Sequence record: OR258281.1
DNA length: 64,000 nucleotides
Direction: 5' to 3' (one strand)
The notes under the pieces are model-generated. The model saw only the letters and a list, made by a program, of their open reading frames with translations. It made no database searches and was not told the DNA's origin. The translations under genes were made by a program, and so were the position numbers. Positions 1-10,048 of the stretch are shown in pieces. Position 1 is the stretch's first letter. The number at the start of each line of letters is the position of its first letter.

Positions 1-2
1 GC

Positions 3-1028
3 CTTGCAAGCTATACTGATTTCTGCCAGCCAAGTGCATTGGAATGTCGTGGAACTATGTTTGAAGTTACGGAAAATGGTGAGTTTATTAAACTTGCAGC
101 CCGTACAATGGACAAGTTCTTTAACTATGGTGAAAATCCATTTACTATGTTTGACCAGAATATTTCAAGTTCAGAAATTGAAATGGCAATCGATAAACTG
201 GATGGTTCATTGATTAGTACTTTCATGAATGGTGATGTTCGTGTTCAGTGTAAATCTAAAGGTTCACTGTCATCTGACCATGCAGTACTGGCTAATAAAT
301 TACTACATAATGATCAGAAGAAAGAAAATGAAGTAGCTATTCTGGAGTCCTATGGGTATACAGTTAACTTCGAACTTCTTTCTCCTGAGTTACGTATTGT
401 TGTTCCTTACCAGAAAGATGAATTACGTTTCCTGAATGCACGTCATCGTATTAGTGGTGAATATCTTCCAATGGAAGAATTAAAAGAAAACTATCCAGAA
501 CTGTATAGTACTTCAGTATATCAGGATGGTTATATTTCTAAAGATGTACCAATGAAAGAAACATTACATCAAACAGTACTAGCAGTCCGAGAGATGAAGG
601 GTGATATTGAAGGTTTTGTATTCAAGTTAAAATCCGGTACATTCTTTAAGGTTAAAACTGATAAGTACTGTGCTTTACATCACACAAAAGATTCAATTAA
701 TGTTGACTCTAATCTTTTTAACGCAGTACTTGAGGGTGCAACAGATGATCTACGTCAATTGTTTGCAACGGATGAGTACTGTATTACTAAAATAAAAAAG
801 ATGGAACACTTGGTGTTCTCGACCTATAATAACATTATAGATGTTGTGACTAAGTTTTACGAAAGCAACAAACATCTTGAGCGAAAGGAATTCGCTTTGA
901 AGGTCCAGAAAGAATTAGATCCATCAATCGGAAAACATGGTTTAGCATTCATTATGTACTCAGGCAACACGCCGGATTATAAACTAGTAATGCAGAAAAA
1001 CATGAAATACATTCTAGAAGGGTTTTAA
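3..1028 (+). CDS. rnlA: RNA ligase 1 (T4 Rnl1-like), 5'-truncated by window edge
   Basis: Frame is open from base 3 (LASYTDFCQPSALECRGTMFE, like the T4 Rnl1 N-terminus); motif I KLDGSL, motif IV EGFV, motif V FKVKTDKY. Confidence 0.93.
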   Translation, partial: LASYTDFCQPSALECRGTMFEVTENGEFIKLAARTMDKFFNYGENPFTMFDQNISSSEIEMAIDKLDGSLISTFMNGDVRVQCKSKGSLSSDHAVLANKLLHNDQKKENEVAILESYGYTVNFELLSPELRIVVPYQKDELRFLNARHRISGEYLPMEELKENYPELYSTSVYQDGYISKDVPMKETLHQTVLAVREMKGDIEGFVFKLKSGTFFKVKTDKYCALHHTKDSINVDSNLFNAVLEGATDDLRQLFATDEYCITKIKKMEHLVFSTYNNIIDVVTKFYESNKHLERKEFALKVQKELDPSIGKHGLAFIMYSGNTPDYKLVMQKNMKYILEGF

Positions 1029-1053
1029 TACATAAGCCAGACAGGGAGTAGTT

Positions 1054-1347
1054 ATGGCTGAACCTAAGTATAAATTGAAAAAAGGTACTGTTAGAACACC
1101 AGAAGAACATAGAATGATACTTCAGGAAATAGACACGTTACATAAGAAAAAATCTGCTGTAGGTGTACATAAATCTAAAAAGAGAATCTATAACACTTTT
1201 GGTATTAGCAGTACTAAGTACAAAAAGACAAAGAAACCCCAAGAGCAAAAAGAACGTGTTCACATGCGAGAGATCTACGGATCGGATTTCTCAAATAATG
1301 TTAAACACACTGAAGACCTTACTTATAGAAAGAAAAAGTTCATATGA
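1054..1347 (+). CDS. Hypothetical basic protein
   Basis: 97 aa ORF, GGGAG SD, Lys-rich. Confidence 0.75.
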   Translation: MAEPKYKLKKGTVRTPEEHRMILQEIDTLHKKKSAVGVHKSKKRIYNTFGISSTKYKKTKKPQEQKERVHMREIYGSDFSNNVKHTEDLTYRKKKFI

Positions 1348-1568
1348 GAAAGCGTGTTAAAATGCTTACCCTTACTGTTAATGATAAACAGTACGTTATG
1401 CTTAAGCAGGACGGGTTCAATAACAAAACAGTACTTAACAATATCGTAGTAACTTTATGTGAGAATGGTGAAGAATATTATATTCTTGACCAGGATAAAA
1501 TCTTTGTAACCAAAACCGGAATGTTCCATCTTGAGATGGAATTGAGTTCCGAAATCGAATTTTACTAA
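1344..1568 (+). CDS. Hypothetical protein
   Basis: 74 aa, ATGA overlap with upstream stop. Confidence 0.75.
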   Translation: MRKRVKMLTLTVNDKQYVMLKQDGFNNKTVLNNIVVTLCENGEEYYILDQDKIFVTKTGMFHLEMELSSEIEFY

Positions 1569-1580
1569 GAGGATATAAAA

Positions 1581-1808
1581 GTGAACGTTCAGACAATTCA
1601 TAGCGTAGTTCAAGATGAAACAGTACTTAAATTCAACTCACTGAAAGATTACTTCAGATGTATTGAGTTTCTTGATGAACGAAATTTAAAATGGACACCA
1701 CTCACTTATAGTTCACTAAAAGATAAAGCAAGTATTCGTGTTGCAGAACATGAACTAATTATTATAACAAATAGATTTGGAATGGATAAATGGCTAAAAT
1801 CGTATTAA
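1581..1808 (+). CDS. Hypothetical protein
   Basis: 75 aa, GTG start with GAGGA SD. Confidence 0.7.
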   Translation: MNVQTIHSVVQDETVLKFNSLKDYFRCIEFLDERNLKWTPLTYSSLKDKASIRVAEHELIIITNRFGMDKWLKSY

Positions 1809-2758
1809 CTTACGGTCCACCCGGATGTGGAAAAAGTACTTGGGCTGTACAAAAGCTTTCTAAAATGAAAGGTAAAACAGTAATCGTGAATCTTGATGAT
1901 TTACGTTCTACTATGTTTGGTTCCCTAGATAATTACAAGTACAATAACGATAATGAGAAGTACGTAAGAACAGTACAGTGCTCTCAGGTTGAAGAACTTG
2001 TAAAAAAAGGAACTAACGTAATTATTGCCGATACAAACATGAATCCTAAAGTACTTAACTACTGGACAGGATTTGCTAAGGCTAATAATTGTATCATCGA
2101 TGTTCATGACTTCTTTGAAGAGTACCTAAAAGAAGAACTCATAAATGAAATGAAGAAAGTAGCTTCTGGTGCTAAACCAACAACCAGTGCTACAGAACAT
2201 GAGTACTTCTATCTCAAGAAGTTCAGAAAACGCTGTAAAGAATGGAACCTGAAACGTAGAGATTCAGTACCTGATGAAATCATTGACATGATGGTAGATA
2301 AGTACTTACTGCCTAATTATATGCTAAAACAACATGTATATGATCCTGCACTTCCATGGTGCGTTGTTTCAGACGTTGATGGTACTTTAATGCATATGGG
2401 TGATCGCAACCCATTTGATGAATCGTGTGTTATCAACGATACCCCTGATTATGCTGTATGTAACTCAGTACAACGAGACTTCGCAGAACATCATGGGTTT
2501 GTATTCAGTGGACGTCATGAGGGCTGTAAAGCTGATACGCTAACAAGTTTGTCTAATGCAGGAGTGATCCCGCATGAGATTTGCATGAGAGCCGATGATG
2601 ATAGCCGTTCTGATGATATTGTTAAGTACGAACTGTACCTTAAACATATCCACGGTAAGTACAACATTCTTCGCTGGTATGATGACCGTGACCAAGTAGT
2701 ACGGATGTTGCGTGATGTAGGTATTAAAGTATACCAGGTAGCTCCTGGAAACTTTTAA
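1790..2758 (+). CDS. pseT: Polynucleotide 5'-kinase/3'-phosphatase (PNKP)
   Basis: N-terminal P-loop GPPGCGKST and C-terminal HAD phosphatase SDVDGTL...DDR; near the Rnl1 gene. Confidence 0.95.
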   Translation: MAKIVLTYGPPGCGKSTWAVQKLSKMKGKTVIVNLDDLRSTMFGSLDNYKYNNDNEKYVRTVQCSQVEELVKKGTNVIIADTNMNPKVLNYWTGFAKANNCIIDVHDFFEEYLKEELINEMKKVASGAKPTTSATEHEYFYLKKFRKRCKEWNLKRRDSVPDEIIDMMVDKYLLPNYMLKQHVYDPALPWCVVSDVDGTLMHMGDRNPFDESCVINDTPDYAVCNSVQRDFAEHHGFVFSGRHEGCKADTLTSLSNAGVIPHEICMRADDDSRSDDIVKYELYLKHIHGKYNILRWYDDRDQVVRMLRDVGIKVYQVAPGNF

Positions 2759-2762
2759 ATTC

Positions 2763-2786
2763 AAGGGGAATTATATTCCCCTTTTT
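2763..2786 (+). terminator. Intrinsic terminator
   Basis: AAGGGGAAT-TAT-ATTCCCCTT then T run. Confidence 0.85.
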
Positions 2787-2805
2787 AATTAAAACTGGAA
2801 GTAAT

Positions 2806-3243
2806 ATGTATAAATTAACACATTCTGATGTACTGAGGATGATTGAAAATAAAAATCCACATCATCTCTTCGATTACATTAATGCAAAAGTACTACCAGA
2901 TAGTAATAATAAAATACTATTATCACATCTGAGAGAAACAATAAATTTACGTAATTCTGTAACATACTTTGGTATTTTCATTCCAGTAGAAAATATAATG
3001 GATTTAAAAGCACCAAAGGTATTCAACCTACTTGATGATGGTACTATTTTACATAATTCATATAGTACAACGATGGTAAGAGAGTCTCATTATTTTGATC
3101 CTGAAGATAAAGGTACTCAATTTAATTTTAACTTTATGTTCCCTGAACTTGGTATAAGTCTAGATGAAATTAACAAATTACTTGTGTTTTTAAAACATGT
3201 CCAAGTTAACATATTTTGCACATACGAGACAAAAAACAAATGA
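2806..3243 (+). CDS. FN-motif family small protein
   Basis: 145 aa; KGTQFNFNFMFPELGISLDEI motif near C-terminus. Confidence 0.75.
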   Translation: MYKLTHSDVLRMIENKNPHHLFDYINAKVLPDSNNKILLSHLRETINLRNSVTYFGIFIPVENIMDLKAPKVFNLLDDGTILHNSYSTTMVRESHYFDPEDKGTQFNFNFMFPELGISLDEINKLLVFLKHVQVNIFCTYETKNK

Positions 3244-3461
3244 AAATCCGAGTAGTTGAATATATCAGAGCACATGATGAAAAAGTATGGTACGTACCTC
3301 AGTACCGAAGATGCTTTATATGGTTCAGGGTTCCTAGTTATGGAGAGTTTTGCAAATTCTATAAAACTTTTGAAACAAAAGAAGAAGCATTAGCCCATGC
3401 TAAATTTATTTTCAGGGATAATTCAGTCATCAAACGGGTAGTATGTAATGGGAATGACTAG
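3240..3461 (+). CDS. Hypothetical protein
   Basis: Start moved to ATG 3240 (ATGA overlap); 73 aa. Confidence 0.7.
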   Translation: MKIRVVEYIRAHDEKVWYVPQYRRCFIWFRVPSYGEFCKFYKTFETKEEALAHAKFIFRDNSVIKRVVCNGND

Positions 3462-3999
3462 AGACAAAGTACGAGAAATACTTTATTCAGCTAATGATTT
3501 ATCATGGAATCTATATCCACTCCAAGTAAAAGATACCAGAATAAATGAATTATTTGAGTACTTTAATTCTATTTGCAGTACAAAATTTAAACCTATCAAA
3601 GATCCTTGTGAGTTTGATATTCTATATGATCTTCATATTAGTAGTTCTATAGAAGGATTGCACGAGGAAAATGAATATGATGAATATGGCATGAAAATAC
3701 ACGATAGTTATGACAGTACTAAGTTTTTTATTTCTTGGATTGATATTAAAGATGATAATGTTTTACATATCATGGATCAAGATGAGAACCAGCATACATT
3801 CAGTATAGCTGATGATGAATTTAGCATTTTACTGGTTTTGAGTTCAATTTCCAGTGTAAACATTTCTTTTCAGGACTTGGTTACTTCATGTCGTGAAACT
3901 AAAAAACTTGAACTATTAATCTCTGCTGAAATAAGAAAAGAAATTGATAATACACTTCTAGGTGCAATAAAAAATTATCAAAAGAAGTTACAGAAATGA
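3448..3999 (+). CDS. Hypothetical protein (possible divergent FN-family member)
   Basis: 183 aa; DDEFSILLVLSSISSVNISFQDL weakly resembles the family motif. Confidence 0.7.
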   Translation: MGMTRDKVREILYSANDLSWNLYPLQVKDTRINELFEYFNSICSTKFKPIKDPCEFDILYDLHISSSIEGLHEENEYDEYGMKIHDSYDSTKFFISWIDIKDDNVLHIMDQDENQHTFSIADDEFSILLVLSSISSVNISFQDLVTSCRETKKLELLISAEIRKEIDNTLLGAIKNYQKKLQK

Positions 4000-4452
4000 C
4001 TTATCTAGAATTGTTTTTAGCAGCGGCTGAAGAACCAGAATTAACATTATATGATACTCTTATTCAAAAAATAAGATCGGATTGTGATATTAATGACCAT
4101 GAGTATATCTTAAAGTTCAACTATACAGATAAAACTATGATGAGAAGTCAGGTACAATATTACACTGGTAGTTCTGGAGTTAGGCTTAGATCATTTACCC
4201 ATAACCTAAGTTATCAGCTTCATTATTTTGAAGAAACCAATTCTTTATTTTTCTTTGATTATACTTATAATTTAAAAAAAAGGAAGAAATTATGAAGGTT
4301 TCTTTAATACCGAAAGTATTGCCGAAATAAGCTTCAACTTCAATATATTGTTTCCAGAAGTACCTTTCGACTTTGAAGTACTACTTAAATTGGCAAAAAT
4401 ATCATCTGAGGTTGGTTACAAGATGTGGTACGGATATGAGAAAAAAGACTAA
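3996..4452 (+). pseudogene. FN-motif family gene split by a frameshift at an A8 run (4274-4281)
   Basis: Removing one A fuses ORF 3996-4295 to the +1 frame YEGFFNTESIAEISFNFNILFPEVPFDFEVLLKL...KKD*, giving a 151 aa family member. Confidence 0.75.
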
Positions 4453-4651
4453 AAAGATTTTAATTGTAAAAGGAGTACTAAAATCTAACGGAAAAGTAAT
4501 GTATACAGCTATGCATAAAACAATATTTGGTTGGAAATTTGTTAGTTCCGGTAGTTTTTGGTGGGATAGTGAAAGTAAAACATTAGATATTATGTCCCAA
4601 TACCTATCAGATTATGAAATTATCCATTGTGGTACAACAATACTAAATTAA
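4436..4651 (+). CDS. Hypothetical protein
   Basis: Likely ATG at 4436; 71 aa. Confidence 0.65.
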   Translation: MRKKTKKILIVKGVLKSNGKVMYTAMHKTIFGWKFVSSGSFWWDSESKTLDIMSQYLSDYEIIHCGTTILN

Positions 4652-4656
4652 AAAGG

Positions 4657-4686
4657 TGAAACATGTCGGCATTATATGCTATACTA
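4657..4686 (+). promoter_or_regulatory. Phage promoter TGAAAC(G/A)-N16-TATACTA (copy 1)
   Basis: TGAAACA 4657-4663, TATACT 4680-4685, same spacing as four other copies. Confidence 0.65.
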
Positions 4687-4815
4687 CTAATACTTGTTTG
4701 GGTTTACGCTGATAAATCAGGCCGTGAACCTTTACTATGGTTGATCGGTGCATTTATATTCACTCCCGTTGGTGCACTTATTCTAATTACATTATTCAAT
4801 CTATTTGAGGTTTAA
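4663..4815 (+). CDS. Small membrane protein (50 aa, not in ORF track)
   Basis: MSALYAILLILVWVYADKSGREPLLWLIGAFIFTPVGALILITLFNLFEV; AAGG SD; two hydrophobic segments; overlaps promoter copy 1. Confidence 0.55.
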   Translation: MSALYAILLILVWVYADKSGREPLLWLIGAFIFTPVGALILITLFNLFEV

Positions 4816-4816
4816 A

Positions 4817-5026
4817 GTGCGTGATATTTTTTGTGCAATGTTTCTTGTATTCATTGCACTGTTTTTATTTTTTATGGATTTTACAAACACAGATACTCTT
4901 ACAGATCAGGAAGTAGCTATGAAAATTCAGGCTTGCAAAAATGAATCTGGAGAATACACCTTAGTACTGGATAAAAATAATGTTCAAGTCCTGTACGTAA
5001 CCTGTAGTACTCACGTGAAACAATAA
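4817..5026 (+). CDS. Small membrane-anchored protein with Cys pair
   Basis: N-terminal TM; C..ESGEYTLV...VTC. Confidence 0.7.
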   Translation: MRDIFCAMFLVFIALFLFFMDFTNTDTLTDQEVAMKIQACKNESGEYTLVLDKNNVQVLYVTCSTHVKQ

Positions 5027-5027
5027 T

Positions 5028-5468
5028 ATGAACCGTAATGATAATGAACGTATTCGCAAATGCATCTCAGAAATGTATAAGCGTCAGTACCATAGTCCTT
5101 TCGAACCTAAGAAAGAGAGTATGAAAGTGCGGATTTTAACTGCCATTGCACTTTTCCTATTCTATGCTTTGATATTTTTAATGGTTGTTGGGTTTATAAA
5201 ATACATTGCTGGTATCAGTACTAATGACCATGTTATCACATTAAAAGAAATTCAAACTAATGAAATTCAGTGCATAGCTAATAATGGTACATTTGAAGTT
5301 AACATTAAAACTATTTCTGATAAAGAAAGTAATAAAACCATTTATAAAGATTACAACTGTTGGTTCCAAGATGAGCAAAAGGATGATAGTTCATTATTTG
5401 ATGATGATACACCAGTAACTTCAGGTGGGATGCCTAGTATGTCTGGATTACCCGGAGGTCCATTTTGA
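5028..5468 (+). CDS. Membrane-anchored protein with Cys pair
   Basis: Internal TM; QCIANNGTFEV...YNC. Confidence 0.75.
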   Translation: MNRNDNERIRKCISEMYKRQYHSPFEPKKESMKVRILTAIALFLFYALIFLMVVGFIKYIAGISTNDHVITLKEIQTNEIQCIANNGTFEVNIKTISDKESNKTIYKDYNCWFQDEQKDDSSLFDDDTPVTSGGMPSMSGLPGGPF

Positions 5469-5692
5469 AATATCTAATTATGTTAGTCTTGTCTTTTATT
5501 CTGGTCGGTTGTTATGATTCAAGTGATGAATGTTCTGTCGTACCCACACGGTCACAAATGGAACAGGGTTCCAGATTTTGTTTAGGTAATTATAATGTAA
5601 AATCTTTCACAACTGGCGAAAATAGTTCGTTTAAAGTTGTATGTAATAATGGCAACAGTGCTGAAGTAATTGTTAAATTAGGAACAGAATAA
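5465..5692 (+). CDS. Putative lipoprotein
   Basis: Lipobox ILVGC; further Cys pair FCLGNYNV...VVC. Confidence 0.7.
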   Translation: MKYLIMLVLSFILVGCYDSSDECSVVPTRSQMEQGSRFCLGNYNVKSFTTGENSSFKVVCNNGNSAEVIVKLGTE

Positions 5693-6846
5693 TGTCTTAT
5701 ATTCCAGAAAAATATTATGTAGGATTTCAATCTAGAGGGCAGGATTCGCTTCTAGGCTTCTTTACTCCAGATGATGGTGATTCTGCTAGTACTAAGCGTA
5801 AAGTTACAGTCGATAAGTGGTCCAGTGATAAAATCAAATCCGCTGAGATTACTAATACCCCGCGTACAGGATTCCGAATTGTAGATACTGCAAGACGTGG
5901 GCGAACTAATAATGTATTGTTCCGTATTATTCATCCAGAAGTAAATGCTGAATTCGAAATCAGTGCTGAAAACCTTAATGAAATCCACCAGCATAATATT
6001 ATTGAATATGGTGAGATTAAGCGTGAAATGGTTCTGGTGCGTAATGGTACTGAAAATTACCTAACTCACGTAGGTTCAACTCAGTACAATCGTGCAATTG
6101 CTGATATGAAAAAAGAAAAAGAACGTAAAGAACAGATCAGTAGTATTTCTAAAAAGGATGTTAAGGTACTTGATACTGTTACCCTTGCATCTGATAGTTA
6201 TCACAAATACATTTATCTTGGTCACACAGAGCTTTCGTGGCTGGAAATTGAACAAAAGTACTCAAGACATAATTATTATTCACATAATCCAACAATTCTT
6301 GATATTCCTACGTTTAACAGTATTGAAAAACATTATATGTTTTATTGTCCAACCAATTATCAACTAAAAGTACTAAAGTCATTTCCTAAGATTGTTGAAG
6401 TAACTTCTGGTAATAATAAATTTTCTGATATATCTGAATTACAAGATATAAAGGTAAAAATGATTATTAAAGGTGCATCTGATTATATCCATAAACCAAT
6501 GTTTTTATCATTTAGCTCCAGAACAAAAGATGATTATGTGATTGAAATCGTCGAGAAAACAGATTCTATGGCTAACGATGGTCTTTATATTAAACCAGAT
6601 TTATATGATTACCACGGGTTAATGTGTCAGGTTCAAACTGAACGTAATTACCAAAATGTTACTATTACTACAGCACAGAATGTTTATAGTGTACAAGACA
6701 ATGAACTAAAAATGGAAGAAATTCGATTTAGTAATGCTGATAGTTATCATGAACCTATTAAAACTTTAATCAAGAAAAATAAATCATTTGAAATTGATAT
6801 TACTAATGCAAAAACTTATATTGTTAAAATCAGTGAGAAAAAATAA
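5692..6846 (+). CDS. Tandem paralog 1 of 4, unknown function
   Basis: 384 aa; shared N-terminal NTP-x-GF...IHP...EISAENL...GEI module. Confidence 0.85.
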   Translation: MSYIPEKYYVGFQSRGQDSLLGFFTPDDGDSASTKRKVTVDKWSSDKIKSAEITNTPRTGFRIVDTARRGRTNNVLFRIIHPEVNAEFEISAENLNEIHQHNIIEYGEIKREMVLVRNGTENYLTHVGSTQYNRAIADMKKEKERKEQISSISKKDVKVLDTVTLASDSYHKYIYLGHTELSWLEIEQKYSRHNYYSHNPTILDIPTFNSIEKHYMFYCPTNYQLKVLKSFPKIVEVTSGNNKFSDISELQDIKVKMIIKGASDYIHKPMFLSFSSRTKDDYVIEIVEKTDSMANDGLYIKPDLYDYHGLMCQVQTERNYQNVTITTAQNVYSVQDNELKMEEIRFSNADSYHEPIKTLIKKNKSFEIDITNAKTYIVKISEKK

Positions 6847-7901
6847 TGGCATATATCCCTAACAAATTATATTGTGGTTTTAAATCTGAAAGTTCAGATT
6901 CACTTGTTGCATTTATGACCCCTATGGCTGAAGATTCAGCCTTTGCTAAACGCAAGAGTTCTGTTGATTCGTGGCGTGATAATAATTTACAAACACTTGA
7001 ATTAGATAACACTCCAATGCTGGGTTTCCGCTTTGTAGATACTTCCCGCCGCTGGAATAGTAATAATGTAGTTTTTCGTGTTATTCATCCGGGTGCTGGT
7101 GCAGAATTTGAAATCAGTGCTGAAAATCTTTGTATGCTAATGGAAACATGCGATATTATTAAAGGTGAGATTACTACTAAACTACTACTAATTCGTGATG
7201 GTTCTAAAAATGTTTTAGTACCAGAGAATTCAACTCTACATTTAGGTGCAGCTAAAGTAGATGCAAAAGGACGTGAGATTTACGTAGATAAATCACTTGT
7301 AAAAGTGGGAAGTGCTATTACCGTTAAAAGTTATGGTAAAGTTGTGAACTTTGATAAAGAACAGATTCATACTGTTCGTGTTGAAGTTAAAGAAACACGT
7401 AATAGCCTTAATCAGAGTTATAGTTATGGTATGACCAGATATTATGACTTCATTATTTCGGAACGAACTATTAACGAATTTATTATGTTTGATGAAAAGT
7501 CCAAGATTGTTAAGACATTGACAACTAGACCTAAAGTACTTGCACTTGAAGGTCAGACTTCATTAACCAAGGACGATTTAATTGGTAAAAGCTATTTGTA
7601 CTATGGTGAACATGTTTATGCTTATGGTGATATTAGTACTAAACAATTCAAATATGAATTAGTTAAATTTGATCCAACTACCGAAAGCCATAATCATAGT
7701 TATATTATTTTGAAAACCAATACTGGTGAAATGCATATTGGTTCATATAACAAATGGCATAAAAGATTTGATTCTTTTGGTGAAGTTGTTTTTGATGAAA
7801 ATTCTGGTGAACTTCTTCCAAAAAATGGCAATTTTGCATATGGTACACCAGCTTTAGTACTAAGTGGCGACTATTATTATATTGCTAAGGTTGAGGTATA
7901 A
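6846..7901 (+). CDS. Tandem paralog 2 of 4
   Basis: 351 aa; NTPMLGFRFVDTSRRWNSNNVVFRVIHPGAGAEFEISAENL. Confidence 0.85.
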   Translation: MAYIPNKLYCGFKSESSDSLVAFMTPMAEDSAFAKRKSSVDSWRDNNLQTLELDNTPMLGFRFVDTSRRWNSNNVVFRVIHPGAGAEFEISAENLCMLMETCDIIKGEITTKLLLIRDGSKNVLVPENSTLHLGAAKVDAKGREIYVDKSLVKVGSAITVKSYGKVVNFDKEQIHTVRVEVKETRNSLNQSYSYGMTRYYDFIISERTINEFIMFDEKSKIVKTLTTRPKVLALEGQTSLTKDDLIGKSYLYYGEHVYAYGDISTKQFKYELVKFDPTTESHNHSYIILKTNTGEMHIGSYNKWHKRFDSFGEVVFDENSGELLPKNGNFAYGTPALVLSGDYYYIAKVEV

Positions 7902-8971
7902 TGAAAACTCCACAGAAACTATATTTCGCTCTTAACTACAATTACGAAGCTATTCGTGGATATGTTGTTATTGCTGATAAACAACATACTAAAGGTTATC
8001 TGGATAAAAAAGCCCGTGCTGATCGTTCTGCTGGTCAGAATTGTAAAGAACTATTCCTTGATAATACACCAAGTGATGGCTTTCGTGTAAGTGATTTTGA
8101 TTATAGCGGGATGTTCTGGATTGAACATCCACAAGGGTTTAACGTAAGTATTACTGCAAGAAATATGTATGATTTAATGCGTACCAGTACCATCATTAAT
8201 GGTGAAATACAAAATAAACTTTATTTTGATATGGATTTGAATCTTATTTCTGAAGTTTCAGAAATTCTTGCTAGTAATGTTGCAGTTGAAGAGAAACGTC
8301 AAGCCCAGCAGAAAGCAGCTAAAGAACTAAAACTCAATCAGAAGTTTAGTATTCCAACTTACAATGGAAGTAATGAATATATCTTTATCTCTCGCCTGCA
8401 TGTAATGGAAGCTACTAAAGAAGGTGGAACCTTGCCACCAAGCACTTCTAAACTACAATATTTGTACTTTGACCCAATTAAAAGCGTATTCATTACGAAT
8501 ACGGAATTAAACATTACGTTACAGGATAGCTATGAAGATAGCTTACATTTCAGATCCTTAGAACATGCACTGCGTGAGTTCAAAAACTTTAATATAAGTT
8601 CAAGTAATAATATAATTGCTGTAAGTGCAAAACCAATTAAGTACAAAGATATCAAAACCCGATTCGTTGAAACTCCACTAAGTGAATTAGTATTTTCAAA
8701 TAACTACCCACGTCTTTCAGTAATTGAAGAGAATGGTAATTATAGATTTTTAGGCAGAATTAATAATAAGAATGGTCAAAACATTACATATGACCAAGCA
8801 CTAAAAGAATTTGCTGTTGTATTTGACGTTTTCCATTTAGTTGAAGAAGATGGTTTGACATTACGTACTCGTAACTATTGGTATTATTCAAGAAGTTCTA
8901 ATAATTGTATCACAGTTAATGATGTTGAAAAGTTACCATTTAAAACAGGATATTTAGAATACTATATATGA
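7901..8971 (+). CDS. Tandem paralog 3 of 4
   Basis: 356 aa; NTPSDGF...IEHPQGFNVSITARNM...INGEI. Confidence 0.85.
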   Translation: MKTPQKLYFALNYNYEAIRGYVVIADKQHTKGYLDKKARADRSAGQNCKELFLDNTPSDGFRVSDFDYSGMFWIEHPQGFNVSITARNMYDLMRTSTIINGEIQNKLYFDMDLNLISEVSEILASNVAVEEKRQAQQKAAKELKLNQKFSIPTYNGSNEYIFISRLHVMEATKEGGTLPPSTSKLQYLYFDPIKSVFITNTELNITLQDSYEDSLHFRSLEHALREFKNFNISSSNNIIAVSAKPIKYKDIKTRFVETPLSELVFSNNYPRLSVIEENGNYRFLGRINNKNGQNITYDQALKEFAVVFDVFHLVEEDGLTLRTRNYWYYSRSSNNCITVNDVEKLPFKTGYLEYYI

Positions 8972-10047
8972 AAAAGACACAATTTATTCCAGACTTAGTT
9001 GGATTTAGCGTTACCAACGACCGATATAAAGACCTACCAACTGCGTCACCAGTACCAATGTCTAATGTTAAAGAAGTACAGAAATTAATCAACAAAACCA
9101 TCTATTTTAATGGTTCAATTAAGTACAAAAATACCCCTACGAAGGGGTATCATGCAATGCTTGTTGGTGAAAAACTAGAACTTTGTCATCCTGATGGTTA
9201 TACAATTACGGTAACTGAATATAATCTTGGTGTAATTATCAGAGAAGGAAATCTCAATAATGGTATGATTGAAGATGAATTAGTATTTGCTTTCGATAGT
9301 ACCTTCCGAGAATTCCTACTGCTTCCATATGGCAAAGATACATATAATGAAATTAAGAAACAAAGTGATGAGTACTTTGCTGCTAAATCAGGCGAGACTA
9401 AACTGGAACCTGGTTGTAATGTAGTTTTTGATGGTTGTGAATTTGAGTACTTGGGTGAAGTATATTATGCAGTACTCAAATATGATCGATACGAGTATAC
9501 AATGGGTATTATTGTAGCTAAACGTATGGTAATGAAGAAAGATGATCAGTACTTGATTATGCCTCCACGTAAACCGGACAGTATCACTGCTGGGAATGGT
9601 CCGGTGTTAAGTACTGATGAAGTTGCAGATATTTGTAGAAATGATAATAAAATAAGATATATCAGAAAGTTCAACAAAAACGGTCATTATAATTCTTGCC
9701 AGTTTGGTGATGTTCATTTAGTTAGCTCAAAGAAAATTACTAAGGCTGATGTTGAAATAAAATACGTTAAAACCAGTAAAACTCATTTATATCATTTCCC
9801 ATTATTCCGTGATACTAATGGTGAATTGTTCCTTCAAGTAGAAAGAGAACGTTTTAGTTCTTATAGAAACTATTCCACATCTTGGACTCTTGATAGTAAA
9901 AATCTAGGAACAAAAGTAAACGGCGTACCATATAATGAAAGTACTCATTCACCTGACCTTACTATTGATAGAAGCCGAGTAACGTTTAATAACGTAGTAG
10001 AAGTAAAAACTAAAGAAATACTGACCCCTATTCTGGAGATGAAATAA
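8968..10047 (+). CDS. Tandem paralog 4 of 4
   Basis: 359 aa; NTPTKGY...CHPDGYTITVTEYNL...NNGMI. Confidence 0.8.
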   Translation: MKKTQFIPDLVGFSVTNDRYKDLPTASPVPMSNVKEVQKLINKTIYFNGSIKYKNTPTKGYHAMLVGEKLELCHPDGYTITVTEYNLGVIIREGNLNNGMIEDELVFAFDSTFREFLLLPYGKDTYNEIKKQSDEYFAAKSGETKLEPGCNVVFDGCEFEYLGEVYYAVLKYDRYEYTMGIIVAKRMVMKKDDQYLIMPPRKPDSITAGNGPVLSTDEVADICRNDNKIRYIRKFNKNGHYNSCQFGDVHLVSSKKITKADVEIKYVKTSKTHLYHFPLFRDTNGELFLQVERERFSSYRNYSTSWTLDSKNLGTKVNGVPYNESTHSPDLTIDRSRVTFNNVVEVKTKEILTPILEMK

Positions 10048-10048
10048 T

